Part shown: positions 10,927-21,247 of the stretch, piece after piece
Layout of the letters: each line of letters opens with the position of its first letter
Numbering within the stretch: position 1 is the first letter of the stretch
Origin: an uncultured Verrucomicrobiae bacterium
Lineage (GTDB): Bacteria > Verrucomicrobiota > Verrucomicrobiia > Chthoniobacterales > UBA10450
NCBI GenBank assembly: GCA_963834385.1
Contig: CAWIBO010000002.1
Span: 736,001-800,000, forward strand
Length of the DNA: 64,000 nt
Direction: 5' to 3'
Position numbers and translations under genes: made by a program
Notes under the pieces: generated by a model
Seen by the model: the letters and a program-made list of their open reading frames with translations, nothing else
Database searches by the model: none
What the model was told of the DNA's origin: nothing

Positions 10927-11006
10927 GCCACGGATTGACACTGATGAAACACGGATCCGACACCCAGGATTTCCTTTATCTGTGTTGATCTGTGTTGATC
11001 TGTGGC
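10927..11006. repeat. Inverted arms built from ~10-nt tandem repeats, with no ORF inside
   Basis: GCCACGGATTGACACTGATGAAACACGGAT ... ATCTGTGTTGATCTGTGTTGATCTGTGGC. Confidence 0.8.
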
Positions 11007-11035
11007 TCAGAAATCCCGGTTGAACCCCCCGGGGG

Positions 11036-11075
11036 TTGATTCATCTGCGGTTGGTGTGTTAAGATGTCTTACACA
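11036..11075 (+). promoter_or_regulatory. Putative sigma70 promoter overlapped by a palindromic operator for the RHH gene
   Basis: TTGATT-18 nt-TAAGAT; TGTGTTAAGA-TG-TCTTACACA imperfect palindrome ending at the ATG. Confidence 0.5.
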
Positions 11076-11272
11076 TGAGAGAGACGGTTACGATCAGTCT
11101 TCCGAAAGAGTTGAGGCGCGGGCTCGAAAAGATGGCGAAAGCGGAAGGGGTAACGAGCAGCGAATACGTGCGCCGCGCGATTAAGGCCGATATTTTTCGC
11201 CGGGCGCTGCGGGCGGCGCGCAGAGGAAGTCGCAATCGCCATCTCCTCATCTCTCGGCATGGCGCGCCTTAG
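11075..11272 (+). CDS. CopG/ribbon-helix-helix protein, probably a 3'-truncated antitoxin
   Basis: RETVTISLPKELRRGLEKMAKAEGVTSSEYVRRAI RHH pattern; C-terminus looks unrelated and no toxin follows. Confidence 0.7.
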   Translation: MRETVTISLPKELRRGLEKMAKAEGVTSSEYVRRAIKADIFRRALRAARRGSRNRHLLISRHGAP

Positions 11273-11658
11273 CGATTCGTTTTTGAGTTGGAGGCGGAGA
11301 TGATTCGGACGCCGCGGTAGTTTGGCGGGCGGGGGATGGTGACGGTCGCCCGGATCGGGGTGAGCGCCTGGGTGCTCATTCCTTCCGGCGGTTGCGCCAC
11401 AAAACGAAACTCGTAAACGCCGTTTGCCCGCGGACGCGGGCCGCGCAGCTCCGGGTCGCTCCAGCCGCCGGTGCGGGTCCGGCCGCGCGCGGTGATCTGG
11501 AGACGGGGCGGCGAGGTGCGAAGCTCGCGCACCTGCACGTCGGTGACCCGATAGATCAGCTTGTGCCGGTTCTCGGTCCGCGGCGGACGCGGCGCCATGG
11601 CCGAGAAAAAGAGGGCGCCCAGCAGGAGAACAACGAGGGGGAAAAGTTTATGCCTCAT
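11269..11658 (-). CDS. Hypothetical secreted protein
   Basis: Signal peptide; ARGRTRTGGWSDPEL...YEFRFVAQPP beta-rich domain. Confidence 0.65.
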   Translation of the reverse strand: MRHKLFPLVVLLLGALFFSAMAPRPPRTENRHKLIYRVTDVQVRELRTSPPRLQITARGRTRTGGWSDPELRGPRPRANGVYEFRFVAQPPEGMSTQALTPIRATVTIPRPPNYRGVRIISASNSKTNR

Positions 11659-11744
11659 ACAAAGGGTTCGCGTCTCGCCGGCTCCCCGGTTTGCCGCAAG
11701 GCTCCATTTGCGCCCGGGCCCATCCTCATGTGTGATGCGGTCGC

Positions 11745-13043
11745 GTGAAAAATCGCCCGGCCGTCGCCTTCATCCTCGTCACCGTCATGCTCGACATGCT
11801 GGCGCTGGGAATCATCGTGCCGGTGCTCCCCAAGCTGGTCCTCAATTTCCTCGGAGGCGACGCCTCCGACGCCGCCAAATGGATCGGCATTTTCGGCACC
11901 ATCTTCGCCCTGATGCAGTTCGTTTTCTCGCCGGTGCTCGGCGTTCTCTCCGACCGCTTCGGCCGGCGACCGGTCATCATTCTTTCCAATGTCGGCCTCG
12001 GTCTCGATTACTTCGTCATGGCGCTCGCCCCCACCCTCGGCTGGCTGCTCCTCGGACGCGCCCTGGCCGGCGTTTGCGCCGCCAGCGTCAGCACCGCCAT
12101 GGCTTACATCAGCGATGTGGTCGCGCCGGAAAAACGGGCAGGCGCTTTCGGCATGATCGGCGCCGCTTTCGGGGTCGGCTTCATCATCGGCCCGGCCGCG
12201 GGCGGCTTCCTCGGACAGTGGGATCCGCGGCTCCCGTTCTGGGTTGCGGGCGTGCTCTCCCTGCTCAACGCCGTTTACGGCTATCTCGTCGTCCCGGAGT
12301 CGCTCGCGCGCGAGAAACGCCGGCCGTTCACCCTGCGCCGGGCCAACCCGGTCGGCGCCCTGGTCCTGCTCCGCTCGCACCCCGAGCTTTTCCAGATCAC
12401 CATCATCCAGTTCCTCGGTTTTCTGGCCCACGAAGTCTTCGAAATCTGGGCGCTCTACGCCATCTACCGTTATGCCTGGAGCACCGGCATGGTCGGCACC
12501 TCGCTCGCCCTCGTCGGGGTCATGTCAGTGATCATCTCCGGGTTCCTCGTCCGGATCATTGTCGCGCGGATCGGCGAACGGCGAACGCTTTACGCCGGCC
12601 AGTTCTTCGGCGCGATTGGCATGATGGTGGCGGGGCTCGCCCGCCAGGGTGGCGTTTTCATGGCCTCGGTCCCGGTCATCTCCATCTGGGGAATGTCCGG
12701 CCCGGCCGCACAGGGAATGATGACCCACCGCGTGAGCGAGAGCGAACAGGGCGAATTGCAGGGCGCCATCAGCAGCCTTCGCTCGGTCGCCGTCCTCCTT
12801 GGCCCCGGTCTTTTTGCCTTCACCTTCGCCTTTTTCATCAATCCCGAGTCGGCCTGGCATTTCCCCGGGGCGCCCTGGTTCCTCGCGGCCGCTCTTCTTT
12901 TCACGGCCATGTTTCTTTCCACGCGCATCGAGCGCCGGCCGGTCCCCGCCCGCCCCACCGCCGCCCCCACCGATACGGTCCCGCCGCACGGCATCACCTC
13001 CGGCGGCATCGCCCCCGATCCCCCCGCGGAACCGAGGGACTAA
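11745..13043 (+). CDS. TCR/Tet-family MFS transporter
   Basis: [26 protein letters not shown] motif [11 protein letters not shown] motif C, 12 TM segments. Confidence 0.92.
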   Translation: MKNRPAVAFILVTVMLDMLALGIIVPVLPKLVLNFLGGDASDAAKWIGIFGTIFALMQFVFSPVLGVLSDRFGRRPVIILSNVGLGLDYFVMALAPTLGWLLLGRALAGVCAASVSTAMAYISDVVAPEKRAGAFGMIGAAFGVGFIIGPAAGGFLGQWDPRLPFWVAGVLSLLNAVYGYLVVPESLAREKRRPFTLRRANPVGALVLLRSHPELFQITIIQFLGFLAHEVFEIWALYAIYRYAWSTGMVGTSLALVGVMSVIISGFLVRIIVARIGERRTLYAGQFFGAIGMMVAGLARQGGVFMASVPVISIWGMSGPAAQGMMTHRVSESEQGELQGAISSLRSVAVLLGPGLFAFTFAFFINPESAWHFPGAPWFLAAALLFTAMFLSTRIERRPVPARPTAAPTDTVPPHGITSGGIAPDPPAEPRD

Positions 13044-13054
13044 CTCCGCTTGTC

Positions 13055-14022
13055 CTATTGTTGGCCGTCGCGGAACAGCAGCCGCTGCCAGTGTCGCCAC
13101 CGCAGCCGCGCCATTTCCCGGCGGCGACGCCGGCGAAAAGCGCGCGGGAATTGCTCGCCACTTCCGCCAGTTGTCCGCAAAGGCCGCGCGATCGCCCACG
13201 AACCGCGCGCACTGGGCCGAGACGGTTTCATAAACCCCCTCGTAAAAATCGGCCTGGGCATCCTTACTTCCCCCCTCGAGCGACGCCACCAGCGCCGCGA
13301 TCTGTTTCAGGCCGTCGGCCACGTTGCCGCCGGAACGGATCAGCGATGAGCTGTGGCTGGCCGCGTGTTCACGATAAGCCGCCAGCACGGCCTGCGTGTA
13401 GCGGCACCGCCCTGTCCGGGCCAGTCGCCACCAATAGTTCCAGTCGGCCACGTGCCCAAAGGAACAATCAAAATTGGCCCGCCAGATCGAATACCGAGCG
13501 GTGCAAAAGAACCGCCCCGGGATACACCGGGTTGCGTCGCCACATCATCGGATCGTAGCGGAGCCGGCCCTGGCTTTCCGGCCCGAGCGCCGGGGACTCG
13601 CCGAGGATCCGGTTTTCCGCCGTGACAATCTGGACGCGCCCAAACACCGCCAGCGCCTCCGGATCTTCCGCCAGCGCGCTTTCGAATCCGGCATAAGCGC
13701 CGGGGAGCATGTAATCGTCCCCGTGCAAAATCTGGATCCAGGGCCGCCCGGCCAGGGCGAGGCAGGCGTTGAAGTTCGCGCACTGCCCCATGTTCCGTTC
13801 GTGCCGATGAAAACGCACCGCCGGCGCGAACTCGCGAACCACCGCCGCCGGGTCATCCTCGGTGGAAGCGTCGTCGACCACCACGATCTCCGCCTGGTCA
13901 AGCGTGCCGGGCGGCTGCCGGCGGAGCGATTCCAGGGTGTCCCGGAGATAGCGCGCGCAATGAAAGGTCGGGATCATGAGGGAAAGATTGCTTCCCCCCG
14001 GCCCAAGACCCGCGCGCTTCAT
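13055..14022 (-). CDS. Glycosyltransferase family 2 (apparent frameshifts near 13470 and 13138)
   Basis: SLMIPTF, VVVDDAST and LHGDD motifs; continuation FDCSFGHVADWNYWWRL after removing one T. Confidence 0.8.
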
Positions 14023-14047
14023 GACGGCGCCGAAAAAAGCGGCCCGG

Positions 14048-14788
14048 TCAGATGACCGGCGGCGGGTTGCGCAGTTTCACCGGCTCGGATTTCTTCCGGA
14101 GCTTGAGGTTCAGCATTTCCACGAAGACAGCGAAGCCCATGGAGAAATAGGTGTAGCCCTTCGGGATATGGAAGCCGAGACCTTCGGCGATGAGGTTGAC
14201 GCCGATGAGCAGAAGGAAGCTGAGCGCCAGCATCTTGATCGTGGGATGACGCTCGACAAAGCTGCTCACGCTCTCGGCGAAGATCATCATGGCCGCCACG
14301 GCAATGACCACCGCGATGATCATGACCGTGACCTGCTCGACCATGCCGACCGCGGTGATGACGGAATCGAGCGAGAAAACGATGTCGAGCAGGATGATCT
14401 GGATGAGGACCGACTGGAACGAGGGAGCGATCCGGGACTTGGTGTCGTCGCCGGGCCCCTCCAGTTTGTTGTGAATCTCGTGCGTGCTCTTGGCGATAAG
14501 GAAAAGGCCGCCGAGGACGAGGATGATGGCGCGCCCGGTGACTTCAAAGGCGAGCACGGTGAAGAGCGGCCGGGTCAGGCCCATGATCCACGAAAGCGAG
14601 AGGAGCAGCAGGATGCGCATGATCATGGCCAGGAAAAGCCCGATCTGGCGCGCCTTCTTCTGCTGGGAGAGGGGCAGGCGCCCGGAAAGAATGGAAAGGA
14701 AAATGACGTTGTCGATGCCGAGGACGATCTCGAGCATCGTCAGCGTAAGCAGGCCAATCCAGGCCTGCGGATCGGATAACCATTCCAT
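14048..14788 (-). CDS. TerC family membrane protein
   Basis: LEIVLGIDNVIF and DIVFSLDSVITAVGM motifs. Confidence 0.93.
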   Translation of the reverse strand: MEWLSDPQAWIGLLTLTMLEIVLGIDNVIFLSILSGRLPLSQQKKARQIGLFLAMIMRILLLLSLSWIMGLTRPLFTVLAFEVTGRAIILVLGGLFLIAKSTHEIHNKLEGPGDDTKSRIAPSFQSVLIQIILLDIVFSLDSVITAVGMVEQVTVMIIAVVIAVAAMMIFAESVSSFVERHPTIKMLALSFLLLIGVNLIAEGLGFHIPKGYTYFSMGFAVFVEMLNLKLRKKSEPVKLRNPPPVI

Positions 14789-14916
14789 GGCGGCGCGCAG
14801 TTTCCGCCATCTTCCGGAAAATTGCGACTGGCCAGTGCAAAAAAATCACGCGGCGGCGGCGGCGCGAAGAGCGCTTGTCAGCCGCGAAGGGGCCGTCGAA
14901 AGTAGCCCCTCGCCGC

Positions 14917-15981
14917 ATGCCACGCCTGCCGAAGCAAAATTATCCCGACATCGAACGCATTATTGAGTTCGACTTTGTCCGGGCGACCGAGGCCGCCGCG
15001 CTCAATTCCCTGCGCTGGCTCGGGCGCGGCGACAAGGAGGCGGCCGACGCCGCCGCCTGCGACGCCATCCGCGGGATGTTCGACCTCATGAACATTTGCG
15101 GCGAAGTGGTCATCGGCGAAGGGATCAAGGACGACGCCCCTGGCATCTTCAAAGGGGAACAGCTCGGCACCTGGCTGCCCGGGTCGCCCCCGTTCCACAT
15201 CGCGCTCGACCCGATCGACGGCACGACCAACATTTCCAAGGGCGCCCCCAACTCCATCAGTTGTATCGCCGCGGCCAGCCCCGCCGCCGATGTCGAGGTC
15301 GCCCTGCGCGACATTCCCGCCTTTTACATGCGCAAGCTCGCCTACGGGCCGCGCGTGACCAGCTACATGCAAAAACGGGGCGATTCGCTTCACCTCGAGG
15401 CGCCCGTGGCCGAGACGCTCGCCATCGTCGCGCGCGCGCTCGACAAACGGGTGCAGGATCTCGCCGTCATGATGCTCGACCGGCCCCGGCACCAGGACAT
15501 CGTCGAGGATATCCGGCGCGCCGGCGCCTCCCTGCGCATGATCAGCGACGGCGACATTGCCGCGGCCATGGCCCCGGCCCTGCCCGAGAGCGGGATCGAC
15601 CTTTACATGGGCATCGGGGGCTCACCCGAAGCCGTCCTCGCCGCCGCGGGGGTCAAATGTCTCGGCGGCGAAATGCAGTGCCGGATGTGGCCGCGTGACG
15701 ACAAGGAGCGCCAGCAACTGGTCGCGGAAGGGCTCGAGAAGGATCTCGAGCGCATCTACACCGCCGACGACCTCGCCGTGGGCAAAAACATCGTCTTTTG
15801 CGCCACCGGCATCAGTGACAGCGCACTCCTGCGCGGCGTGCGCGCCCAGGGGCAGACCGCCATCACTTATTCCGTCCTGATGCGGGCCAAGAGCAAGACC
15901 GTGCGGTTCATCCGCGCGACGCACGATCTGCAGACGAAAACGATCCGGCTCCGCTCCGACAGCCGCGAGCACCGGATCTAG
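14917..15981 (+). CDS. glpX: Class II fructose-1,6-bisphosphatase
   Basis: RATEAAA, VVIGEG, DPIDGT, YMRKL, ISDGDI and GIGGSPEAVL motifs. Confidence 0.93.
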   Translation: MPRLPKQNYPDIERIIEFDFVRATEAAALNSLRWLGRGDKEAADAAACDAIRGMFDLMNICGEVVIGEGIKDDAPGIFKGEQLGTWLPGSPPFHIALDPIDGTTNISKGAPNSISCIAAASPAADVEVALRDIPAFYMRKLAYGPRVTSYMQKRGDSLHLEAPVAETLAIVARALDKRVQDLAVMMLDRPRHQDIVEDIRRAGASLRMISDGDIAAAMAPALPESGIDLYMGIGGSPEAVLAAAGVKCLGGEMQCRMWPRDDKERQQLVAEGLEKDLERIYTADDLAVGKNIVFCATGISDSALLRGVRAQGQTAITYSVLMRAKSKTVRFIRATHDLQTKTIRLRSDSREHRI

Positions 15982-16068
15982 ATCGGCCGCGGCTGACCCG
16001 GGGCCGAGGCCCGGTCGAGAAATCTCTCGCTCGACAGCGGAATTGCGCTCTGTTCAAATCATCAAACT

Positions 16069-16512
16069 ATGCCGCTTATGAGACAAACACTGAAAACCGA
16101 ATTGTCGCCCGATAACGGCGCTGTCATTGACACGAAATGGAAGGTCGGACCGCTTTCCTACCACGCTTCTGCCGTCGAAATCGAATCGAACGACGTGCTC
16201 CGCGAAGTGCCGCCGATGCCGGAAGTGATCATTTATGACCATATCGGGTTCAAAGGCGCCACGGCCCGGACCAACCTCTCCTTTCTCTACCTGGGCGACT
16301 TCTGGAACGACCGCATCTCCTCGCTCATCATCGTCAGCGGTATCTGGCGTTTTTACCGGGACGACTATTACAAGGGCGATTGCTGGGAACTCGGGCCCGG
16401 CTTTTACGAATCCTTCTTCAAGGAAAAGGGACCGGACGACGTCATCAGCTCGTTCAAGGCGGTGGCCCTGACCTGGGGTCGCGCCGGCCAGGCACCCGCC
16501 TCGGAGGCCTAG
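16069..16512 (+). CDS. Beta/gamma-crystallin domain protein
   Basis: Two Greek-key motifs: IYDHIGFKG...WNDRISSLII and FYRDDYYKG...DDVISSFK. Confidence 0.75.
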   Translation: MPLMRQTLKTELSPDNGAVIDTKWKVGPLSYHASAVEIESNDVLREVPPMPEVIIYDHIGFKGATARTNLSFLYLGDFWNDRISSLIIVSGIWRFYRDDYYKGDCWELGPGFYESFFKEKGPDDVISSFKAVALTWGRAGQAPASEA

Positions 16513-16521
16513 GAGAGACCA

Positions 16522-16887
16522 ATGCCACGGATGGAGCGGAGAACAGGCCGAGCCGCGGCCGCGTTCCCGTCCGGGCGGGGGAAGATCCTCCTCGTCCTGC
16601 TCTGCGCCGCGGTCCTCGCCCTGACGGCCGCCTGCGATAAGCCGGCTGACCGCCTGCAGGGACGCTGGCGCACCACCGGGGAGGGCGCCACGCTCGTTTA
16701 CGAATTCGGGCCAAAGGGGCGCGTCATCGTGGGAACCGATCCCGGCCAGTACTCCTTCGGCGACAACGACCGGCTCAAGGTGCAAACGCGGTTCGCCACC
16801 TATGTCTACCGGTACAGTGTCGAGGGCGACCGTCTCACCCTGCAGGATACCTCGGGTGCCACCCGGGTCCTGGAGCGGGCGCCCTGA
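16522..16887 (+). CDS. Hypothetical lipoprotein
   Basis: Hydrophobic stretch with LTAAC lipobox, then LQGRW beta-barrel-like domain. Confidence 0.6.
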   Translation: MPRMERRTGRAAAAFPSGRGKILLVLLCAAVLALTAACDKPADRLQGRWRTTGEGATLVYEFGPKGRVIVGTDPGQYSFGDNDRLKVQTRFATYVYRYSVEGDRLTLQDTSGATRVLERAP

Positions 16888-16934
16888 GGCGCCGAAAAGG
16901 TGCGGAGCCCCGCCCTTTCGTTTAAGGTCCCTGC

Positions 16935-18008
16935 ATGGTGGCACTGAGGGACGACGCCCTGGCCGAAAAGGTCCTTGCCGGCGCGCGCATTGACGGCGCC
17001 GAGGCGCTGGCGCTTTACCAGCGACCGCTCGCGGAAATCGGCGCCCTGGCCGACGCCCGCCGTCGCCTCGCCAAGGGCGATGACGCGGTCGTGACCTACA
17101 TCATCGATCGCAACATCAACTACACCAACGTTTGCAATGTTTACTGCAAGTTCTGCGCGTTTTACCGGACGCAGAAGGATGCCGATCATTACGTCCTCAG
17201 CTTCGAGGAGATCGACCAAAAACTGGCGGAACTTTCCGCCGCCGGCGGCGTGCAGATCCTGATGCAGGGCGGGCACCATCCCGATCTCCCCTTCTCCTGG
17301 TACATCGATCTGCTCCAGCACATCCGGCGGAATTTTCCCGGGATCAATATCCATGGGTTTAGCCCGCCCGAGTTTCAGCATTTCGCCGGGGTTTTTCAGA
17401 TGCCGTTGCGGGAGGTGATCGCGCGATTCCAGGAAGCGGGGCTTGGTTCCATCCCCGGCGGCGGGGGCGAGATTTTGGTGGACCGGGTGCGCCAGCGCAT
17501 TGCCCCGCTCAAGTGCGGGACTGACCAATGGCTCGAGGTCATGCAGGTGGCGCACGAACTGGGATTGAAATCGAGCGCCACCATGATGTTTGGTCACGTC
17601 GAAACGGTGGAGGACCGCATCGAACATCTGCAGCGCCTGCGCGACCAGCAGGATCGCAGCGGCGGTTTCACCGCTTTCATTTGCTGGACCTTTCAGCCGG
17701 AGAACACCGTTCTCCGGGTGGCCCAGAAGACCGGCTCGGCCGAGTATCTCCGAATGCAGGCGCTCGCCCGCATTTTTCTGGATAACATCGAGAACATCCA
17801 GAGCTCATGGGTCACGCAGGGCCCGGAACTCGGGCAGGTCGCGCTCAAGTTCGGCGCCAACGACTTCGGTTCCGTCATGATGGAGGAGAACGTGGTCAGC
17901 AGTGCTGGGACCTCGTTTCGCCTGCGGGCCGACCAGATTGAGGCCCTCATCCGGGAGGCCGGGTATGCCCCGCACCGGCGCAATAATTGGTATCAACTCT
18001 TGAATTAG
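16935..18008 (+). CDS. mqnC: Dehypoxanthine futalosine cyclase (radical SAM, CofH/MqnC family)
   Basis: RNINYTNVCNVYCKFCAF CxxxCxxC motif, QILMQGGHHP, IPGGGGEIL, GANDFGSVMMEENVV. Confidence 0.88.
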   Translation: MVALRDDALAEKVLAGARIDGAEALALYQRPLAEIGALADARRRLAKGDDAVVTYIIDRNINYTNVCNVYCKFCAFYRTQKDADHYVLSFEEIDQKLAELSAAGGVQILMQGGHHPDLPFSWYIDLLQHIRRNFPGINIHGFSPPEFQHFAGVFQMPLREVIARFQEAGLGSIPGGGGEILVDRVRQRIAPLKCGTDQWLEVMQVAHELGLKSSATMMFGHVETVEDRIEHLQRLRDQQDRSGGFTAFICWTFQPENTVLRVAQKTGSAEYLRMQALARIFLDNIENIQSSWVTQGPELGQVALKFGANDFGSVMMEENVVSSAGTSFRLRADQIEALIREAGYAPHRRNNWYQLLN

Positions 18009-18129
18009 GGCCGGGAATGGGGTTTCCTCCCGCCGCACCGCTTGAAATAGCTCCTTGACGACGCACCCTCCCTTCCTCATCTAATACGCCTTGCTGTGGC
18101 CATTTCGTCGGGCCGCGCCCATTTTTTGT

Positions 18130-20436
18130 ATGAATAACAGTCTCCATCGCCGTCTCGTCGTCTCCACCCTGGCCCTGCTCGCACTCCTGGCGCCGGACGG
18201 CACACCGCTCCAGGCCCAGTCCGGCCCGCCGGTCACCTCGATCGAGGTGCAGTATGCCGGGCCGCAGACCCTGAGCCGGGGCCGCATTCTTTCCCAGATG
18301 CGCACCAAGGTGGGCGAACCCTATTCGCAGACGGTGGTTGAACAGGATATCCGCACTCTTTACGCCAGCGGTCAGGTGCAGAACGTCCGCATCTTCGGCC
18401 AGCAGGATGGCGCCGGCATCAAGGTCCTCGTGGTCGTGCAAAGCCGGTCGGTCATCAACGAAATCGAGATCGCCGGCGCCGAGGACGTCAAGCCGAGCAA
18501 GATCCGGCGCGCCATGAAAGCGGTGAAAACCGGCGCCCCGCTCAAGGAGGATGCCCTCGAGGAGGGTCGCCAGGCCATTATCGATCTCTATCGCCGCATC
18601 GGTTACAACGACGCCACCGTCAGTTACGAGCTTCAGACCGACCAGACCAAGGGCACCACCCGGGCCGTCTACACCATCGACGAGGGGGGCAAAGGCGTGG
18701 TCAGCCGCATCCATTTCGAGGGGAACGACAACTTCAGCGACTTTTCGCTCCGGCGAAAGATGAAGACCAAGAGCAAGACGCTCATCTCCTTCCTCGACAA
18801 ATCCGGCCGGCTCGACCAGACCCAGCTCCAGACGGATCTCGATGCCGTGCGCGAGTTCTACCAGGAAAACGGCTACATCGACGTCGAGATCAAGGATGTC
18901 CGCCGCGAGAAACGCAACGGCAAGATGACCCTCGTGGTCGTGGTGAACGAAGGCATCCAGTACAAGGTCGGCCAGGTCCGTTTCACCGGCTACAAGGTGA
19001 GCGATGACAAACGGCTCCGCGCGGTGCTGAAAATGAAGGAAGGCGATACCTACTCGCCCAAGGGCCTGCGCGAGGATGGCAAACGGCTCGCCGAAGGCTA
19101 CGGCATGGGCGGTTATGTCGATCTCGAGATCGTCCCCCAGTCGGTCGCTTCCGCCCCCGGCCAGATCGATGTCACCTATAACATCCAGGAAGGCGAACGC
19201 GCCTTTGTCGATCGCATCAACATCGTCGGCAACACCCGGACCAAGGACAAGGTCATCCGCCGTGAAATCCTCATCACCCCCGGCGATGTCTATAACACCG
19301 TCCGGGTCGACGTCAGCCAGAAGCGCCTCGAGAACCTTGGCTATTTCTCCAAGGTCGACATGTTCCCGGCCGAGACCGGGGTGCCCGGACGCCGCGAACT
19401 GACCGTGCAGGTGGAGGAAAAACGGACCGGCTCGCTCAACTTCGGCGCCGGCTTCAGCACGATCGACAGCATTGTCGGTTTCGTCGAGCTGTCGCAGGGC
19501 AACTTCGACGTCATGAACTGGCCCAATTTCACCGGCGCGGGCCAGAAGTTCCGCATGCGCATCCAGGCCGGCACGGAACGGCGTGATTTCATTGTCTCCC
19601 TGACGGAGCCCTATTTCCTCGACCAGCGCCTTTCGCTCGGGGGCGAAGCCTTCTTCCGTGAAGCCACCTTCCTCAGCTCCGTCTACGATCAGCGGACCTA
19701 TGGCGGTTCCCTCACCGCGCGCAAGAGTCTCTCCACCTTCACGGCGCTCAGCACCACTTACAGCATCGAGAATCTCGAGATCTACAATGTCAGCGTGACC
19801 GCGACCGACCTGATCCAGCGGGAAAAGGGCTCCCGCGTGAAGAGCAACATCGCGAGCACCTTCATCTTCGACACTCGTGATAATCCGTTCCTGACCCACC
19901 GCGGCCAGCGCATCACCGTCACGCCTTTCATCGCCGGCGGTTTCCTCGGCGGCGATACCCAGATCCTGGGCGGAAACATCGAGGCCTCACAATACTTCAG
20001 CCTCCCCTTTGATCTTATCTTCCTCATCAACGCCGAGGTCGCCACGGTCGATACCTGGGGCGACGGCGACCGCGTGCCGATCTTCGACCGCCTTTTCCTT
20101 GGCGGCTCCAACAACCTCCGCGGCTTTGAATTCCGCGACGTCGGTCCGAAGGACCGCAAGGGTGAACCGCTGGGCGGCAAGACCCTGGCCCGCACCACGG
20201 TGGAGTTGACCGCCCCGGTCATTAACAAGATCCGCGCCGCCGTCTTTTACGATGCCGGCTTCGTCAACGTCAACGCCCTCGACTTCAACCCGGACGACTA
20301 TGCCTCCGACGTCGGCATCGGTCTCCGGCTTGACCTCCCCATCGGGCCAATCCGGATCGACTACGGCATTCCCCTCGAGGCGGCCGGGAACGACACCTCC
20401 GGTAAATTTAACTTCAACGTCGGCTACCAATTTTGA
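18130..20436 (+). CDS. bamA: Outer membrane protein assembly factor BamA
   Basis: POTRA repeats (GNTRTKDKVIRRE), LRGF loop-6 motif, C-terminal FNFNVGYQF. Confidence 0.95.
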   Translation: MNNSLHRRLVVSTLALLALLAPDGTPLQAQSGPPVTSIEVQYAGPQTLSRGRILSQMRTKVGEPYSQTVVEQDIRTLYASGQVQNVRIFGQQDGAGIKVLVVVQSRSVINEIEIAGAEDVKPSKIRRAMKAVKTGAPLKEDALEEGRQAIIDLYRRIGYNDATVSYELQTDQTKGTTRAVYTIDEGGKGVVSRIHFEGNDNFSDFSLRRKMKTKSKTLISFLDKSGRLDQTQLQTDLDAVREFYQENGYIDVEIKDVRREKRNGKMTLVVVVNEGIQYKVGQVRFTGYKVSDDKRLRAVLKMKEGDTYSPKGLREDGKRLAEGYGMGGYVDLEIVPQSVASAPGQIDVTYNIQEGERAFVDRINIVGNTRTKDKVIRREILITPGDVYNTVRVDVSQKRLENLGYFSKVDMFPAETGVPGRRELTVQVEEKRTGSLNFGAGFSTIDSIVGFVELSQGNFDVMNWPNFTGAGQKFRMRIQAGTERRDFIVSLTEPYFLDQRLSLGGEAFFREATFLSSVYDQRTYGGSLTARKSLSTFTALSTTYSIENLEIYNVSVTATDLIQREKGSRVKSNIASTFIFDTRDNPFLTHRGQRITVTPFIAGGFLGGDTQILGGNIEASQYFSLPFDLIFLINAEVATVDTWGDGDRVPIFDRLFLGGSNNLRGFEFRDVGPKDRKGEPLGGKTLARTTVELTAPVINKIRAAVFYDAGFVNVNALDFNPDDYASDVGIGLRLDLPIGPIRIDYGIPLEAAGNDTSGKFNFNVGYQF

Positions 20437-20491
20437 ACGAACCCCGGGGGTTGCGGTCTAATCGCTCTCCGACTACCTGTTTACCCTGTTT

Positions 20492-21124
20492 ATGAAAAAG
20501 CTCCTCTCCGTTATTGTCATCGCCCTGATTGCCCTGCCCTTTACCCTGCAGGCGCAGGCCCCGCTTAAAGTCGGGACGGTCGATATGAACCGCGCCTTCA
20601 AGGAATACACCAAGACCAAGGACGCCGAGACCAAGATCAACGAAGCCAAGAATTCCGCGAAAAAGGAGTACGATGAGCGCGCCGAGTCCTACAAAAAGGC
20701 TCTCGACGAGATCAACAAGCTGAACCAGCAGCTCGAGGCCCCGGCCCTCAGCGCCGACGCCAAGTCGCAGAAGGCCAAGGAGCGCGATGAGAAAATCGGC
20801 AGCATCAAGAACATGGAACGCGAGATCAACGAGTTCCGTCAGACCCGCGAGCGCCAGCTCCAGGAGCAGGCCCTCCGCATGCGCGAGGGCATCGTCAAGG
20901 AAATCACCGATGTCGTCATGGAGAAGGTCAAGGCCGGCAATCTCGACCTCGTCTTCGACAAGTCCGGCATGAGCCTCAATGGCGTCCCGCTCGTCATGTA
21001 TGCCCGCGATAACTACGATTTCACCAACGACGTCATCGCCGTCCTGAATAAGCCGGGCCGCGCGCCCGCCCCCGCCGCTGCGGCCCCCGCCCAGGCCGCG
21101 CCCGCCGCGACGCCGAAAAAGTAA
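20492..21124 (+). CDS. skp: OmpH/Skp periplasmic chaperone
   Basis: Signal peptide, KVGTVDM, coiled coil, LDLVFDKS...DFTNDVI; directly follows bamA. Confidence 0.9.
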   Translation: MKKLLSVIVIALIALPFTLQAQAPLKVGTVDMNRAFKEYTKTKDAETKINEAKNSAKKEYDERAESYKKALDEINKLNQQLEAPALSADAKSQKAKERDEKIGSIKNMEREINEFRQTRERQLQEQALRMREGIVKEITDVVMEKVKAGNLDLVFDKSGMSLNGVPLVMYARDNYDFTNDVIAVLNKPGRAPAPAAAAPAQAAPAATPKK

Positions 21125-21143
21125 CGAAACCTCTTCAAAAAAG

Positions 21144-21176
21144 GAGCACACGCGTTCCGCGTGTGCTCTTTTTTTT
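21144..21176 (+). terminator. Rho-independent terminator after skp
   Basis: GAGCACACGCG-TTC-CGCGTGTGCTC followed by T8. Confidence 0.85.
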
Positions 21177-21247
21177 CCATGGGCAGGAAGCACAAACTCT
21201 TGAGGGAACACGCCGCCGGCACCGGGCAGCCCCGCGTCCACCCGGCC

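Noticed and set aside
11745..13043. Acquired tetracycline resistance gene
   Set aside because: It is a TCR/Tet-family MFS with host-like codon usage and no tetR or mobile context, so substrate cannot be inferred.
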